Virus record (IMG/VR): IMGVR_UViG_3300035424_000203
Length of the DNA stretch: 64,000 nt
Direction: 5' to 3' (one strand)
DNA from: an uncultured virus (IMG/VR IMGVR_UViG_3300035424_000203)
Taxonomy: Duplodnaviria; Heunggongvirae; Uroviricota; Caudoviricetes
A program made the translations under genes and the position numbers. The notes under the pieces are model-generated. The model was given only the letters and a program-made list of their open reading frames with translations. It was not told where the DNA came from and did no database searches. Positions 41,224 to 51,341 of this stretch are shown one piece after another. Every line of letters begins with the position of its first letter. Positions within the stretch are counted from its first letter, which is position 1.

Positions 41224-41252
41224 ATTATAATAATGTTTTTTTATAAAGTCAA
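41224..41252 (-). promoter_or_regulatory. Sigma-A promoter for a putative antisense antitoxin RNA
   Basis: Minus strand TTGACT-17-TATAAT, pointing into the toxin 3' end. Confidence 0.7.
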
Positions 41253-41538
41253 CAGATAAAAAGAACTATAACAGATTATCAAGAAGAACTATATTTGGTG
41301 AGAAATTTTTAATAAAATACAGTATATGAATATTGGACTGAGGTTAATTCACGAAAAGATGTATATAACAACAAAAATAGAATACCAATTTCATAACCTG
41401 CTATCATGCATAAACATGGTAGCAGCCTTTATTAGACAAAACATGATAAATTTTCTAAATCCAATATATTTAAATACTCTTGATCATATATGCGAATTGA
41501 GATATAATATGACTATAATAAAAAATGGAGGAAAACAG

Positions 41539-41820
41539 ATGGAAGCAATCAGGCCGTCTTCAGATTTAAGAAATCATTATAATGAAATATCCAGGCAATG
41601 CCATGAGGAAAGGAATCCTGTTATCATTACGGTAAATGGGCGTGGTGATACCGCTATATTGGGGTTGCAGGATTATTATCAAATGAAATCAGAACTTGAA
41701 TTGCTGCGTACACTGGCAGAAGCGGAAGAAGATGTTGTGAATGGCAGAGTAGCACCAATGCAAAGTACATTTGATGATATACGCAAGTCGCTTTTAGAGG
41801 GGAAATCTAATGAAGTATAA
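41539..41820 (+). CDS. Phd/YefM antitoxin
   Basis: IRPSSDLRNHYNEIS...PVIITVNGRG; the start is set by RBS ggagg. Confidence 0.9.
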   Translation: MEAIRPSSDLRNHYNEISRQCHEERNPVIITVNGRGDTAILGLQDYYQMKSELELLRTLAEAEEDVVNGRVAPMQSTFDDIRKSLLEGKSNEV

Positions 41821-42121
41821 AATTACCAGGACAGATAAAGCGGATGAACAGCTAAGGGATATCATATTTTATATCGCAGAGGATTCCGGGAGCATAGACA
41901 TTGCGTTGAATTACCTGGACAAGGTTGAGGCCGCAATCAGTCGCTTAGAAGAATTCCCAATGTCTGGCAATAAGCCAAGGTATTCTATTTTGCGAAAGCA
42001 GGGTTATAGAGTTCTTATTGTAGAGAGACATCTAGTATTTTATAAAATTAATGAGGACAAAAAAGAGGTTATTATATATGCGGTTGTGGATAGCAGGCGG
42101 GAATACAGGAATTTGATATAG
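41810..42121 (+). CDS. RelE/ParE toxin
   Basis: ADEQLRDIIFYIA...LEEFPMSG...GYRVLIVERHLVFYKI. Confidence 0.9.
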   Translation: MKYKITRTDKADEQLRDIIFYIAEDSGSIDIALNYLDKVEAAISRLEEFPMSGNKPRYSILRKQGYRVLIVERHLVFYKINEDKKEVIIYAVVDSRREYRNLI

Positions 42122-42271
42122 AAGGAAATACTTTAATTTCATAGAGACAAAAAACTACCAATGTGCATACCATTAATGCCCGGAGGTAGTTTTTTTCATG
42201 TAATAAGCCCAGATTATACAACATTCCACTTCGCATCAAATCCCATGATTAAAATTTGGCAAGCAAGATAA

Positions 42272-42321
42272 GAACATAGGTTCGAAAACCTATTGACAAA
42301 TGCAAACACATGTTCTATACT
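42272..42321 (+). promoter_or_regulatory. SOS (LexA-box) promoter
   Basis: GAAC-atag-GTTC at 42272 and AAAC-acat-GTTC at 42304; TTGACA(42293)-17-TATACT(42316). Confidence 0.75.
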
Positions 42322-42847
42322 TGTTTCCAATGAAACACAAAAAGACCCATCCTCAAACGGTGCGGGAACACCATCGGACAGGTCTTCATACATACACACA
42401 AATTCAATGCCTGAAAGGCTAGAATTTGAATAGCAGAAACGCTATTGAATTAATTATACACAATCTATAAGCAATTTCAAGCGTTTCTGCAATTAATCCC
42501 ATTAGCAGTTTGGAAAATATTTAGAGAATTTTGGTAACTGCATAGAAAAGATGTGAATTTTATTATTTATAGAAGTAGAAAGAAATAATTAATTTTCTTT
42601 TTAAGTGGGGAAAAGTCCATTTAAAAAGGGTATTTATATTTGAAAGAGAAAATTAATGCGATTTAGAGAAGTAAATATTAGGAGGGATGCTTATTGAGAG
42701 AGTGTAGGGCTGAAATAGCCTGATATTTTTTAGATTTTAGTGAACTGGCTTTTACCAATAAAAATAAATGTTGATAACAAGAAAGGTTCATTAAGATACA
42801 AATAATTTACAAGTTGCATGTAGAAATATTACAGGAAGGAGAAGCGG

Positions 42848-43105
42848 ATGGAATTAACGAGAGTGGATTATATAATCATGAAATATCTTAAAAAGAAAGG
42901 AAGTACTACATATTTTGAAAGTATGACACTGAAGGAAATAATGAGTGCAATAAAGATATCAAGACCAACATTGTATCGAAAAATGGTCAATTTACAAGAA
43001 CATGGTTATGTAGGGAAAGGCTGTAAATCAACAAATGCGGATACATTCTTTTTATCTGCAAAAGGTATTCAAATCATAGAAAATGGAGGGATGGCTAATG
43101 ATTAA
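42848..43105 (+). CDS. Winged-helix protein (TubR-like by position)
   Basis: MTLKEIMSAIKISRPTLYRKMVNLQEHGYVGKG; overlaps the start of the tubulin-like gene. Confidence 0.7.
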   Translation: MELTRVDYIIMKYLKKKGSTTYFESMTLKEIMSAIKISRPTLYRKMVNLQEHGYVGKGCKSTNADTFFLSAKGIQIIENGGMAND

Positions 43106-44165
43106 GAAAGATGTGTTTGTAGTAGGTATTGGTTTAGGTGGCAGTAGGGTAGGGTGTGATTTCCAACAGAAAAATTATGATTCATATCTTATCAATGGTT
43201 CACTTCAGGATAACAAAACACTTCCAGATGCAAAAAATATGTTGGTATTGGAGGGATATGATGGATTGGCAGGGGACAGAAGCCTTGCTTTTGAAGCGCT
43301 TAAAAACAATAAGGATATTTTGCAGAAAGTAATGGGTATTGAAGAAAAGGTTATTCTGCTTGTTGCTACTGGTGGTGGAACTACAGGAAGCGGATGCATT
43401 ACTCATTTGGCTAATATCATTTGTGGGAAATTACCAGATAAGATAGTGTGTGCGTGCCTTATGATGCCAAGGTCAGATGAACCTATTCAAAAAAGACTAA
43501 ATGCCTATAATGCAGCAAAGGAATTAATGGAGATTCCAGAAATGGGCGCACTGATATTTATAAGTAATGAAGCATGTGATTCAGAGTTAAATAAAATCAA
43601 TTACAATCTGGTAAACATGTTGGACGCATTTTTTACGGATGATTCATCATCCAATGTCTCTAACTTTGATGATTCAGAGAAGTTGAAAATGTTGTCAGAT
43701 CATGGTGCTTTTGTAATTGCTATGCGCTCAGGCAAAACAGATCCACAAGATATAAGTAAAATTAGAAAGGTATCTACACAGGATATGGTGAATGCCTTGA
43801 CTGCAAAGAATATTTTTCTTCCTATCAATAATGATGGCATTGTTGCCCATATAGGGATCATTAACCAGAAGGACAACCATATTGAGGAAAAGGAAATTGT
43901 GACAGCAATAGGGATACCTGAAAATATATTCACTGGCAATAACGGTAATGTAAATATTGTTTGTGCGTCAGGCTTGGGATTCCCAACAGAATATATCGCT
44001 AAAATGGGAAAGAAAGCGATTGAAGAACAGAAACAACGCCTTGAAAAGAAAAAATCATCCAGTATTCTTGATGACTTAGAAGAGTTAGAGAATGAACTTC
44101 CGGAACAAAAGCCGGTAAGCAAACGCAGGGAGATAAGTTTTGATTTGTTGCGTGAACTGGATTAG
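43098..44165 (+). CDS. Tubulin/FtsZ-family GTPase (TubZ/PhuZ-like)
   Basis: VVGIGLGGSRV, GGGTTGSG signature loop, NFDDSE T7-like loop and a charged C-terminal tail. Confidence 0.85.
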   Translation: MIKKDVFVVGIGLGGSRVGCDFQQKNYDSYLINGSLQDNKTLPDAKNMLVLEGYDGLAGDRSLAFEALKNNKDILQKVMGIEEKVILLVATGGGTTGSGCITHLANIICGKLPDKIVCACLMMPRSDEPIQKRLNAYNAAKELMEIPEMGALIFISNEACDSELNKINYNLVNMLDAFFTDDSSSNVSNFDDSEKLKMLSDHGAFVIAMRSGKTDPQDISKIRKVSTQDMVNALTAKNIFLPINNDGIVAHIGIINQKDNHIEEKEIVTAIGIPENIFTGNNGNVNIVCASGLGFPTEYIAKMGKKAIEEQKQRLEKKKSSSILDDLEELENELPEQKPVSKRREISFDLLRELD

Positions 44166-44318
44166 GACAGTAAATATATAGGTATTACATAACTATTTTG
44201 CTGGATAGAGTAGGTAGTATATAGGCTTTTTACTATTTTTTATGCAGATTGATGTAGAAGTAAATAATGGGTGGGATTTCCCGTCTCACCCAACAAACAC
44301 AATAAAGAGGAGGATTCA

Positions 44319-44475
44319 TATGTTAGCAACGATATTACAGACATTACTTAAATTAAGCGTATTATTTGGTCTTGTTTTCATGATAGTATGTACAGTATTT
44401 GTGATTGCTTGCATCATCAAAGGTGATATCAAGATCAATATAATCAGGAATGAGGCTGAAAAAGAGAATGAATAG
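44319..44475 (+). CDS. Small membrane protein
   Basis: MLATILQTLL... with a hydrophobic helix and RBS gaggagg; start coordinate approximate. Confidence 0.55.
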
Positions 44476-44572
44476 GCAGATATTTATGGAATGTAGAAGT
44501 ATACAGTGGTAAGACCATTATGGACTGACCATTGATATTAAAATAAAACATAGAAAAAGGAGATCAAACATC

Positions 44573-45286
44573 ATGACAAACAAAGAACACAGCATTATTA
44601 TGGGGTATTTCAACAACAAGAAGGTATCAAGAGAAGAACTGGAAAAGCTGCTGGATTTTGAGAATCTGACAATGGAAGCAAATACAGCATCCGAAATCTC
44701 AAAGCTACTTAAAGAATCGCCAGAAGTTGAATCTGATCCACAGAGAGTAATCAGGAATTTCGTGCGTTTTGTAAGAGAAAGAAGCGGTTCTGGTGAGATT
44801 ACATGGGATGAATTCATTTCAAGACTTAAAGAATCAGGACTTGAATATTCAGATTTTGGCATTAGAGTACAAAGATTTAGCAAAACAGCATATTGGGAAG
44901 TCTTTTTCAACCACTTTAGCACGACTGATTCTGAAGATGGCGTTGTGAAACTGACTTTTAATCAGGAGTACTACGAAGAGACAGAAAGAGAAAATGCTTA
45001 TGAAATTTTATTTGAGCATGACATTGATACGGATTCAGAAGAAAGCGGCATTGTGTCACAGATTGCTGCCAAGTGGGATAGTTTATCGGAAGATGATAAG
45101 GACAGTATGATTTCTGCTCTTGATGCGATTTATGCTACCCACTATGTAGACAAGTCGAGAGTGGACATTATGAGCAATGAAGTCAAAAAAATCACAATGT
45201 CCAATGCTGATTTAGTCCCGGAAGTGGGCTTACGGGATTACAGTATCGAATTTACAGACGGAGATTTTATTGGTTTGAGGTTTTAG
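44573..45286 (+). CDS. Acidic hypothetical protein
   Basis: RBS aaggag, 237 aa. Confidence 0.75.
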   Translation: MTNKEHSIIMGYFNNKKVSREELEKLLDFENLTMEANTASEISKLLKESPEVESDPQRVIRNFVRFVRERSGSGEITWDEFISRLKESGLEYSDFGIRVQRFSKTAYWEVFFNHFSTTDSEDGVVKLTFNQEYYEETERENAYEILFEHDIDTDSEESGIVSQIAAKWDSLSEDDKDSMISALDAIYATHYVDKSRVDIMSNEVKKITMSNADLVPEVGLRDYSIEFTDGDFIGLRF

Positions 45287-45395
45287 ATGCAGAAGTAAAT
45301 ATTGTAGCAATCACAAGGCGGTATATTTATATTTCACAATATGCCGCCTATTTAAAGAAAAAAACAATGTAACACAAATCGGAGGACAAAATCTT

Positions 45396-45728
45396 ATGAA
45401 AGAGAACATAATAAACAGCCTGAAAAAGCTGTTTTCAGGTGCAACAGGCGCAATAAAAGTAACTTACCATACAAGCAGATCATATGACATCATTAAGTTT
45501 GATATGCTGGGATACCAGATAACAGAAGAAAACGGCATAATTACAGTTTATGACGATAAGGACAGCCAGGTATATGCGCCGAAAACAATAACCATAGATC
45601 CATTAACAGTAGATTCCGTTGTCTACAAAGATGATAAATCTGACAGTCAAAGGATAAGCAGTAGAAATGTGGTTATCCATATGACAGATAAAAGTCGGAT
45701 TGAATTAGGTACAATGGCAATCGGATAA
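45396..45728 (+). CDS. Hypothetical protein
   Basis: RBS ggagg. Confidence 0.7.
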   Translation: MKENIINSLKKLFSGATGAIKVTYHTSRSYDIIKFDMLGYQITEENGIITVYDDKDSQVYAPKTITIDPLTVDSVVYKDDKSDSQRISSRNVVIHMTDKSRIELGTMAIG

Positions 45729-45827
45729 GAGATTATTACATAAAGGTTACAGGAAATTTATATAAGCATAGCAATATCTTGACAATATTTTTCAGATTAA
45801 ATTCAAAGAAAAAGGAGAAGTAATTAC

Positions 45828-46196
45828 ATGAGCAGACGAATAACAGATGTATCTAATTTAGTTGAAGTTGTTGAAAATAAGATGATTTCTGTAGATAGCG
45901 TGGAGTGTAAGACTAAATTCAGTGCCGATATGACAGAAACAAATCAGATTACACCAAATAAATTCATAGAGTCTATTCAATTCATGAATGAAACCATATT
46001 TAAAGATGCGATTGACTTCTTTTATGAGTTTACAGACACAAATAACATCCTCATTGAATGTGGAATGAAGAATATATACATGGAAGAATATTATCGTGTT
46101 AAGTGTTCTGTTTATGATGGTGTATCAGCAAAAGAAGTAGATAAAAAGTTGAGAGAAACCATTTTTGACAGAATGGATAAGAAATTAGCAGTGTAA
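45828..46196 (+). CDS. Hypothetical protein
   Basis: RBS aaggag. Confidence 0.7.
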   Translation: MSRRITDVSNLVEVVENKMISVDSVECKTKFSADMTETNQITPNKFIESIQFMNETIFKDAIDFFYEFTDTNNILIECGMKNIYMEEYYRVKCSVYDGVSAKEVDKKLRETIFDRMDKKLAV

Positions 46197-46284
46197 ATTA
46201 GTATCGAATGTAGAAATAGATAGTGGTGGATGTAAAAACTTTTGACAAGCATTCACCACTTAAATCAGATTGGAGGAATGAGAT

Positions 46285-47547
46285 ATTAGTAACACAGAAA
46301 GAAAAATTAAGATTGTTGATGACATTATGGGAAGCGGAAAAAGTACAATGGCAATAAATCATATTAATGCTAATCAAAATAAGAAGTTTTTATGTATCGT
46401 GCCATTATTGAAAGAATGTGAAAGATATGAGAAAAAAACAAGCATTGATATTATAGATCCTGAAAAATGGGGATCAAAATGGAAACATTTTAGATGGCTT
46501 GTCGAAAATGACAAGAATATTGTTACAACTCATGCATTAATTCAAAAAATGGATTTAGACATGCTTGAATTACTAAAGAGCAAAGATTATTCACTTATGA
46601 TTGATGAATGCCTGGATGTCTTATCACCTTATAAAATTAGTAAGGATGATATAAAAATAATATTTAATGAACATCTTGTATCGTTGGATGAAAATGGATT
46701 TTTGGTATGGAATGAGGATAAAAAACCATATAAAGGTGTATATGGAGATATAAAAAGACTATGTAGTTTCAAATCCTTAATGGGATTCAAAAAAGACAAC
46801 AGTGACGAGCTGGCAAGGATTTTGATGTGGAATTTTCCAGTTGATTTCTTTAAGTGCTTTGAAGAAAGTTATATTTTTACATATTTATGGGATGGCAGTA
46901 TTCAGAAATCATATTTTGATATACATGGTATAAAATATGAAAAATATATGCTTGGTGAGAATAAAAAACTTATTCCACATAATAAAACTTTGGAATATGA
47001 AAAGAGAAGAAAAGCTATTGATTTGANNNNNNNNNNNTATGACGGTAAATTTAATGATATTGGTATGAAAATAGGAAAATCAAATCCATTATCTAAATCA
47101 TGGTATGAAGATAAAAGAAAAAAGAATGTTTCAATTTTTAATCAATTAAAAAAGAATACTGAAAATTATTTTAGGACAGTTACAAATACAAAATCTTTTA
47201 ATAACATGTATACGGTGTTTAAACCATATTGTAAATATATTAAAGGTGAAGGTTATGCAAAAGGATTTGTGTCATGTAATGCAAGAGGAACAAATGAATT
47301 TCGAGAGAAAAAATCTTTAGCATATTTAATCAATTTCTTTATGCAACCAGACATCAAACAATTTATAGACCACTACCATATAGAATTTGATGAAGATTTG
47401 TATGCTTTATCAGCATTATTGCAATGGATATGGAGAAGTCAAATCAGAGACGGACAACCTATTGATATTTACATTCCAAGTGAAAGAATGAGGATGTTGT
47501 TAAAATTTTGGATGGAAGAATGTCAAGAGTTAAAAAATATTGCTTGA
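46285..47547 (+). CDS. SF2 helicase-like (origin-binding/replication-type) protein
   Basis: IVDDIMGSGKST, IDEC and LLQWIWRSQIRDG. Probable ATT start; contains an 11-N gap. Confidence 0.7.
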   Translation: MSNTERKIKIVDDIMGSGKSTMAINHINANQNKKFLCIVPLLKECERYEKKTSIDIIDPEKWGSKWKHFRWLVENDKNIVTTHALIQKMDLDMLELLKSKDYSLMIDECLDVLSPYKISKDDIKIIFNEHLVSLDENGFLVWNEDKKPYKGVYGDIKRLCSFKSLMGFKKDNSDELARILMWNFPVDFFKCFEESYIFTYLWDGSIQKSYFDIHGIKYEKYMLGENKKLIPHNKTLEYEKRRKAIDLXXXXYDGKFNDIGMKIGKSNPLSKSWYEDKRKKNVSIFNQLKKNTENYFRTVTNTKSFNNMYTVFKPYCKYIKGEGYAKGFVSCNARGTNEFREKKSLAYLINFFMQPDIKQFIDHYHIEFDEDLYALSALLQWIWRSQIRDGQPIDIYIPSERMRMLLKFWMEECQELKNIA

Positions 47548-47862
47548 GAAAAATGTGGAAAATGGAAGCAAAAAATTCCACATTTTGCTTCAGAAATTCC
47601 CATTTTATAAGGGTTTCAGAGGTCGTTTCCTAAAGAAAAGAATAGGGAAATAGAAGTAAAAAATATTCATCTGCTTACAAAAACATATCATTATTGGACA
47701 GACTGACATATTGCGAACCGCCGCCCTTTGGCGGTGAAGCAATTGACAGGATGCTCCAATAATAATCACTGACTAAATTCAGAAAAGGACAGCTCTGCTG
47801 GACTTTGAGGAATTTAGGCTGTGTCTACTGTCAGAGACAACATAAAAGGAGATTGATTATTT

Positions 47863-48189
47863 ATGACAAAACAGGACAAAGAAAATTTACAGAATAAAAA
47901 ACTAACAGATTCATTATTGATATCATGTTTAGCAGCTTGTGAGCCAGTAATAAGTAAAAACGCATATTTAGAGAAGAAATGGTGTCATGACTATACAGGT
48001 TATGGTGGATATCAGGCAACACGCATACAATGGATGGGATATAGGGAGAAATTGCGTTCTTTATTGTTACCTATATATTCTATGAAAATGATTATTCAGA
48101 TGACTAAAAGTTGTAAAGATAAGGCAACTCAAAAGGAAGTAAAAGAGGTAATTAGTTTGATAGAGAAGAATGATTATGAGTTGGTTTAG
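47863..48189 (+). CDS. Hypothetical phage protein
   Basis: RBS aaggag; flanked by a 14-bp inverted repeat. Confidence 0.7.
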   Translation: MTKQDKENLQNKKLTDSLLISCLAACEPVISKNAYLEKKWCHDYTGYGGYQATRIQWMGYREKLRSLLLPIYSMKMIIQMTKSCKDKATQKEVKEVISLIEKNDYELV

Positions 48190-48290
48190 TCCCTGACAGT
48201 AGGCAGCCACCGCAAGCGGTGACTGATTAGTTCGCAATCTGGCGATTGCTCACTTTGATAATTTTTGGATGAAGAAGGAGAATAAGTAAA

Positions 48291-48725
48291 ATGTTTAGAT
48301 ATGTTTATGAAGTTGCACCTATTGATTTTTTTGATGGAACTATATCAATCGGAAAATATATTGATAGTATTATATCTGAATTGTCATGGTATAAGGATTT
48401 ATTGTTGGATGTTCCTGAGTGGTATGAAGAAGATCACATGGATATAAATTTTTGTAACAACATGTTTGAAGATACTCCTATGGATGGTAAACATGCATTT
48501 TATAGATTAAAGAGAATTGGAAAAGAAATAAAGTGTATTTGTGAGTATTTCAATATAAAAAAAGAGAAAATTGATAAGAAAAGAATAAGAGTTTTTTCAG
48601 TACCAACAGATGGAGAATGTACAGTTTCATATATGGTGAAGACAAAAAACAATGGGACAACATATATATTTTCTAATGTCTATTTTCCGTTTTTGGACAG
48701 TGGAAACAATGTTGAAAAAATTTGA
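48291..48725 (+). CDS. Hypothetical protein
   Basis: RBS aaggag. Confidence 0.7.
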   Translation: MFRYVYEVAPIDFFDGTISIGKYIDSIISELSWYKDLLLDVPEWYEEDHMDINFCNNMFEDTPMDGKHAFYRLKRIGKEIKCICEYFNIKKEKIDKKRIRVFSVPTDGECTVSYMVKTKNNGTTYIFSNVYFPFLDSGNNVEKI

Positions 48726-48856
48726 TTGAACTAATTATATATGGCCTGTCAGTTAGATAGGTAAAGAGAATTACAAGGATATTCCTTATCTCTGCCATTA
48801 GGATTTTTTAGGAGCGGTTGGTTTAAATAAAGCGGATTGATATGTAAGCAGGAAAG

Positions 48857-51292
48857 ATGGTGGGTGTGATAGAAAAAGAAATAACAAAAACATCAATGTT
48901 AGTGAATTATTTTACAGAAGATGGACTAATAAAGAATACAGGTATATCTAAGGAATATTGGGATTTTGTAGTATTCAAGGAGTTAGTGGACAATGCGCTG
49001 GATGCAATAGAGCCTGTAGCAGATAAAAATGTCTATATCAATATAGATACAAAAGATAAACGGTTACAAATATTTGATAATGGTAAAGGTATTTCCATAG
49101 AAACTATAAATGATATATATGATTTCTCTTACTTTGTGAGTAAGAATAGAGATTATATTACTCCCAGCCGTGGCAAACAAGGCAACGGATTAAAGACGAT
49201 TATTAGTATTTGTTATCTAATGGGATACAGATTACTTTGGCATACGTCTGAAGGATCTGTAATTGAAAACATCATTGATGATACAGCAATTCAGGATGGG
49301 AGAGTGCTGTTTCAAACGATACGGCATGGTAATAGTATGCAGAAAGGTATTGAAATTGTAGGCTATAAGAATACGAATGACCCAGTAAGGGAAAAGAATA
49401 TTCAAAAGTTCTTCATGTGTAATAAGGACGTGAGTTTTTATTATACCTATGACAATGTTCTAAATGTGTTAAATGCAAAACTGGATGCTGTAAATAGGTC
49501 AGGGAATACGTCAATATCATTTTATGATATTAAAGCATTTAAGGATTATATCCTAAAAACGCAGGATGGAAATATTACATATAAAAAATTTTTGAAAATG
49601 TTTGGCAGTAGGGTAAGTGATGCAAGTTCGATTAAAGGGAAAATTAAAGACATTGATTTTAACGGTAATGAATTTATAGAAGACTTTATTAAGCTGAAAT
49701 CATTACAAAACAGTAAAAAATATACTATTTTAAAGTCACATATGATTGAACTGAAATATTCCCTAAATACAGAAATTCTGATGCAAAGGGATAAGAATAC
49801 TAATGAAATTAAGACATATGTTCCTTGCATCATAGAGTTTGAAGTTGAAAAGGTGGACTTAAAAAATGATAAAAGATATTATGCGGAATGCACATGCTTT
49901 ATAAACAATACAATAAGTTATGATGATAGCTGGAGCATTGTATTTGATGAAGGATTTTATGATTTGGGTATGAGAACATGCCATAGTTCTAAAAATTTAA
50001 CCGGATTGTTTGAAAATTACAATGATTATAGATTTGTGTTTCACTTTATTTCGCCATATTTTATTTTCAAGGATGCAGGAAAGACGGAAATTGACATAAC
50101 CAGTATAATTACGGATTTGACTAAAGAATTGAGGAAAGCACTGGCAAAAGAGAAGAAAAGATATGATTCCAGTATAGAGAAGCCTATACAGAATACAGAT
50201 CTGCTTAGGCCATATATGGATGATGCATTTAGCTTAGCAAGCACAAATGGAAAATATGCCATAACAGCAAGGCAGATGTGGTATAAAATACGTGAAATAT
50301 CGGGTGCGCCTGATGAAGCCTATACAGCATTTACACAAACAGTTTTAACAGAGTGGATCAATAACCATCCAGAATATGAAGATAAGATAAATTTTGCAAA
50401 TAGAGGAGTATTCTATATTGGTGATAAGCAAGATGGTTTGGGGACTGCCAATGTCAGGAATTTCATAAATAATATCAGCAAGGCTTCAAATACATTTAAC
50501 TGCTATGGCGGTGTAAGTGATAATGTGTATATAGATGATAATTTCAATGTGGAGTATAAATATGATAAGGTATTATACATTGAAAAGACTGGATTTGATG
50601 CAATATTCAAGGCTGAAAAAATCGGTGAAAAATATAATATGATGATTGTATCAGGTCAAGGATTTTCTACAAGGGCAGCAAAGACATTATTGCATGAAGT
50701 TCATAATAGAGGATTGAAGTTGTATTGTTTGCATGACTTGGATATTTCAGGCATATTTATTTTAAATTCATTCAAGAATACCAACATCAAATTTAAGTAC
50801 GAAATTCCTATTGAGGATTTGGGAGTTACTTTTGAAGATGTTGAAAAGTATGGGATTGAGCCTGAAAAAGTTGAAATCAAGGAAGAGGAATCTAAAAAAT
50901 TGTCTTCGCTCCCATATGAATATCAGCACTTTTTTAATGCTGGGACTATGTATAGGCGTGTGGAATTGAACGCATTTACAACGGAGCAGATGCTTGAAAT
51001 ACTTGATAAAAAGTTATCATCTACCAATAACCTTCCTACAATCAATTTGGAGAAATCGTTGAATGTGGATCATAATGCAATCAAACAGGCAGCATTTATG
51101 CGATTGATGGCAGATAAATATAAAGAGCAGCTGGACAAGATACATTTGCCTATTGATTTATCAGCTTACAATGGCAGATATACCGTTGCAATGGCAAAAA
51201 AGGAAATCCCACAGATTGAAAAGGAATTGATTGCACAATATCAGCGAGAGATAGAAGAAAAACTTAACATTGATACTTGGAAGGTATCTTGA
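48857..51292 (+). CDS. Fused type IIB topoisomerase (GHKL ATPase plus WHD/TOPRIM; topoisomerase VIII-like)
   Basis: KELVDNALDA, DNGKG, RGKQGNGLK; ARQMWY; IEKTG...SGQGF...HDLDISG...RVELNA. Confidence 0.8.
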   Translation: MVGVIEKEITKTSMLVNYFTEDGLIKNTGISKEYWDFVVFKELVDNALDAIEPVADKNVYINIDTKDKRLQIFDNGKGISIETINDIYDFSYFVSKNRDYITPSRGKQGNGLKTIISICYLMGYRLLWHTSEGSVIENIIDDTAIQDGRVLFQTIRHGNSMQKGIEIVGYKNTNDPVREKNIQKFFMCNKDVSFYYTYDNVLNVLNAKLDAVNRSGNTSISFYDIKAFKDYILKTQDGNITYKKFLKMFGSRVSDASSIKGKIKDIDFNGNEFIEDFIKLKSLQNSKKYTILKSHMIELKYSLNTEILMQRDKNTNEIKTYVPCIIEFEVEKVDLKNDKRYYAECTCFINNTISYDDSWSIVFDEGFYDLGMRTCHSSKNLTGLFENYNDYRFVFHFISPYFIFKDAGKTEIDITSIITDLTKELRKALAKEKKRYDSSIEKPIQNTDLLRPYMDDAFSLASTNGKYAITARQMWYKIREISGAPDEAYTAFTQTVLTEWINNHPEYEDKINFANRGVFYIGDKQDGLGTANVRNFINNISKASNTFNCYGGVSDNVYIDDNFNVEYKYDKVLYIEKTGFDAIFKAEKIGEKYNMMIVSGQGFSTRAAKTLLHEVHNRGLKLYCLHDLDISGIFILNSFKNTNIKFKYEIPIEDLGVTFEDVEKYGIEPEKVEIKEEESKKLSSLPYEYQHFFNAGTMYRRVELNAFTTEQMLEILDKKLSSTNNLPTINLEKSLNVDHNAIKQAAFMRLMADKYKEQLDKIHLPIDLSAYNGRYTVAMAKKEIPQIEKELIAQYQREIEEKLNIDTWKVS

Positions 51293-51341
51293 TAAGTAAG
51301 TTTTCAGATTTTGTTAGGTTTTATATGGAGAATATAAATAT

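Noticed and set aside
41326..41538. N-terminal extension of the Phd antitoxin
   Set aside because: The RBS and family match begin at 41539; the upstream part contains the promoter.
43098..44165. Host ftsZ
   Set aside because: Divergent sequence, no dcw cluster, and located within a mobile element.
48857..51292. Wadjet JetD or gyrase B
   Set aside because: No jetABC/SMC or gyrA nearby; the GHKL-WHD-TOPRIM fusion fits type IIB topoisomerases better.
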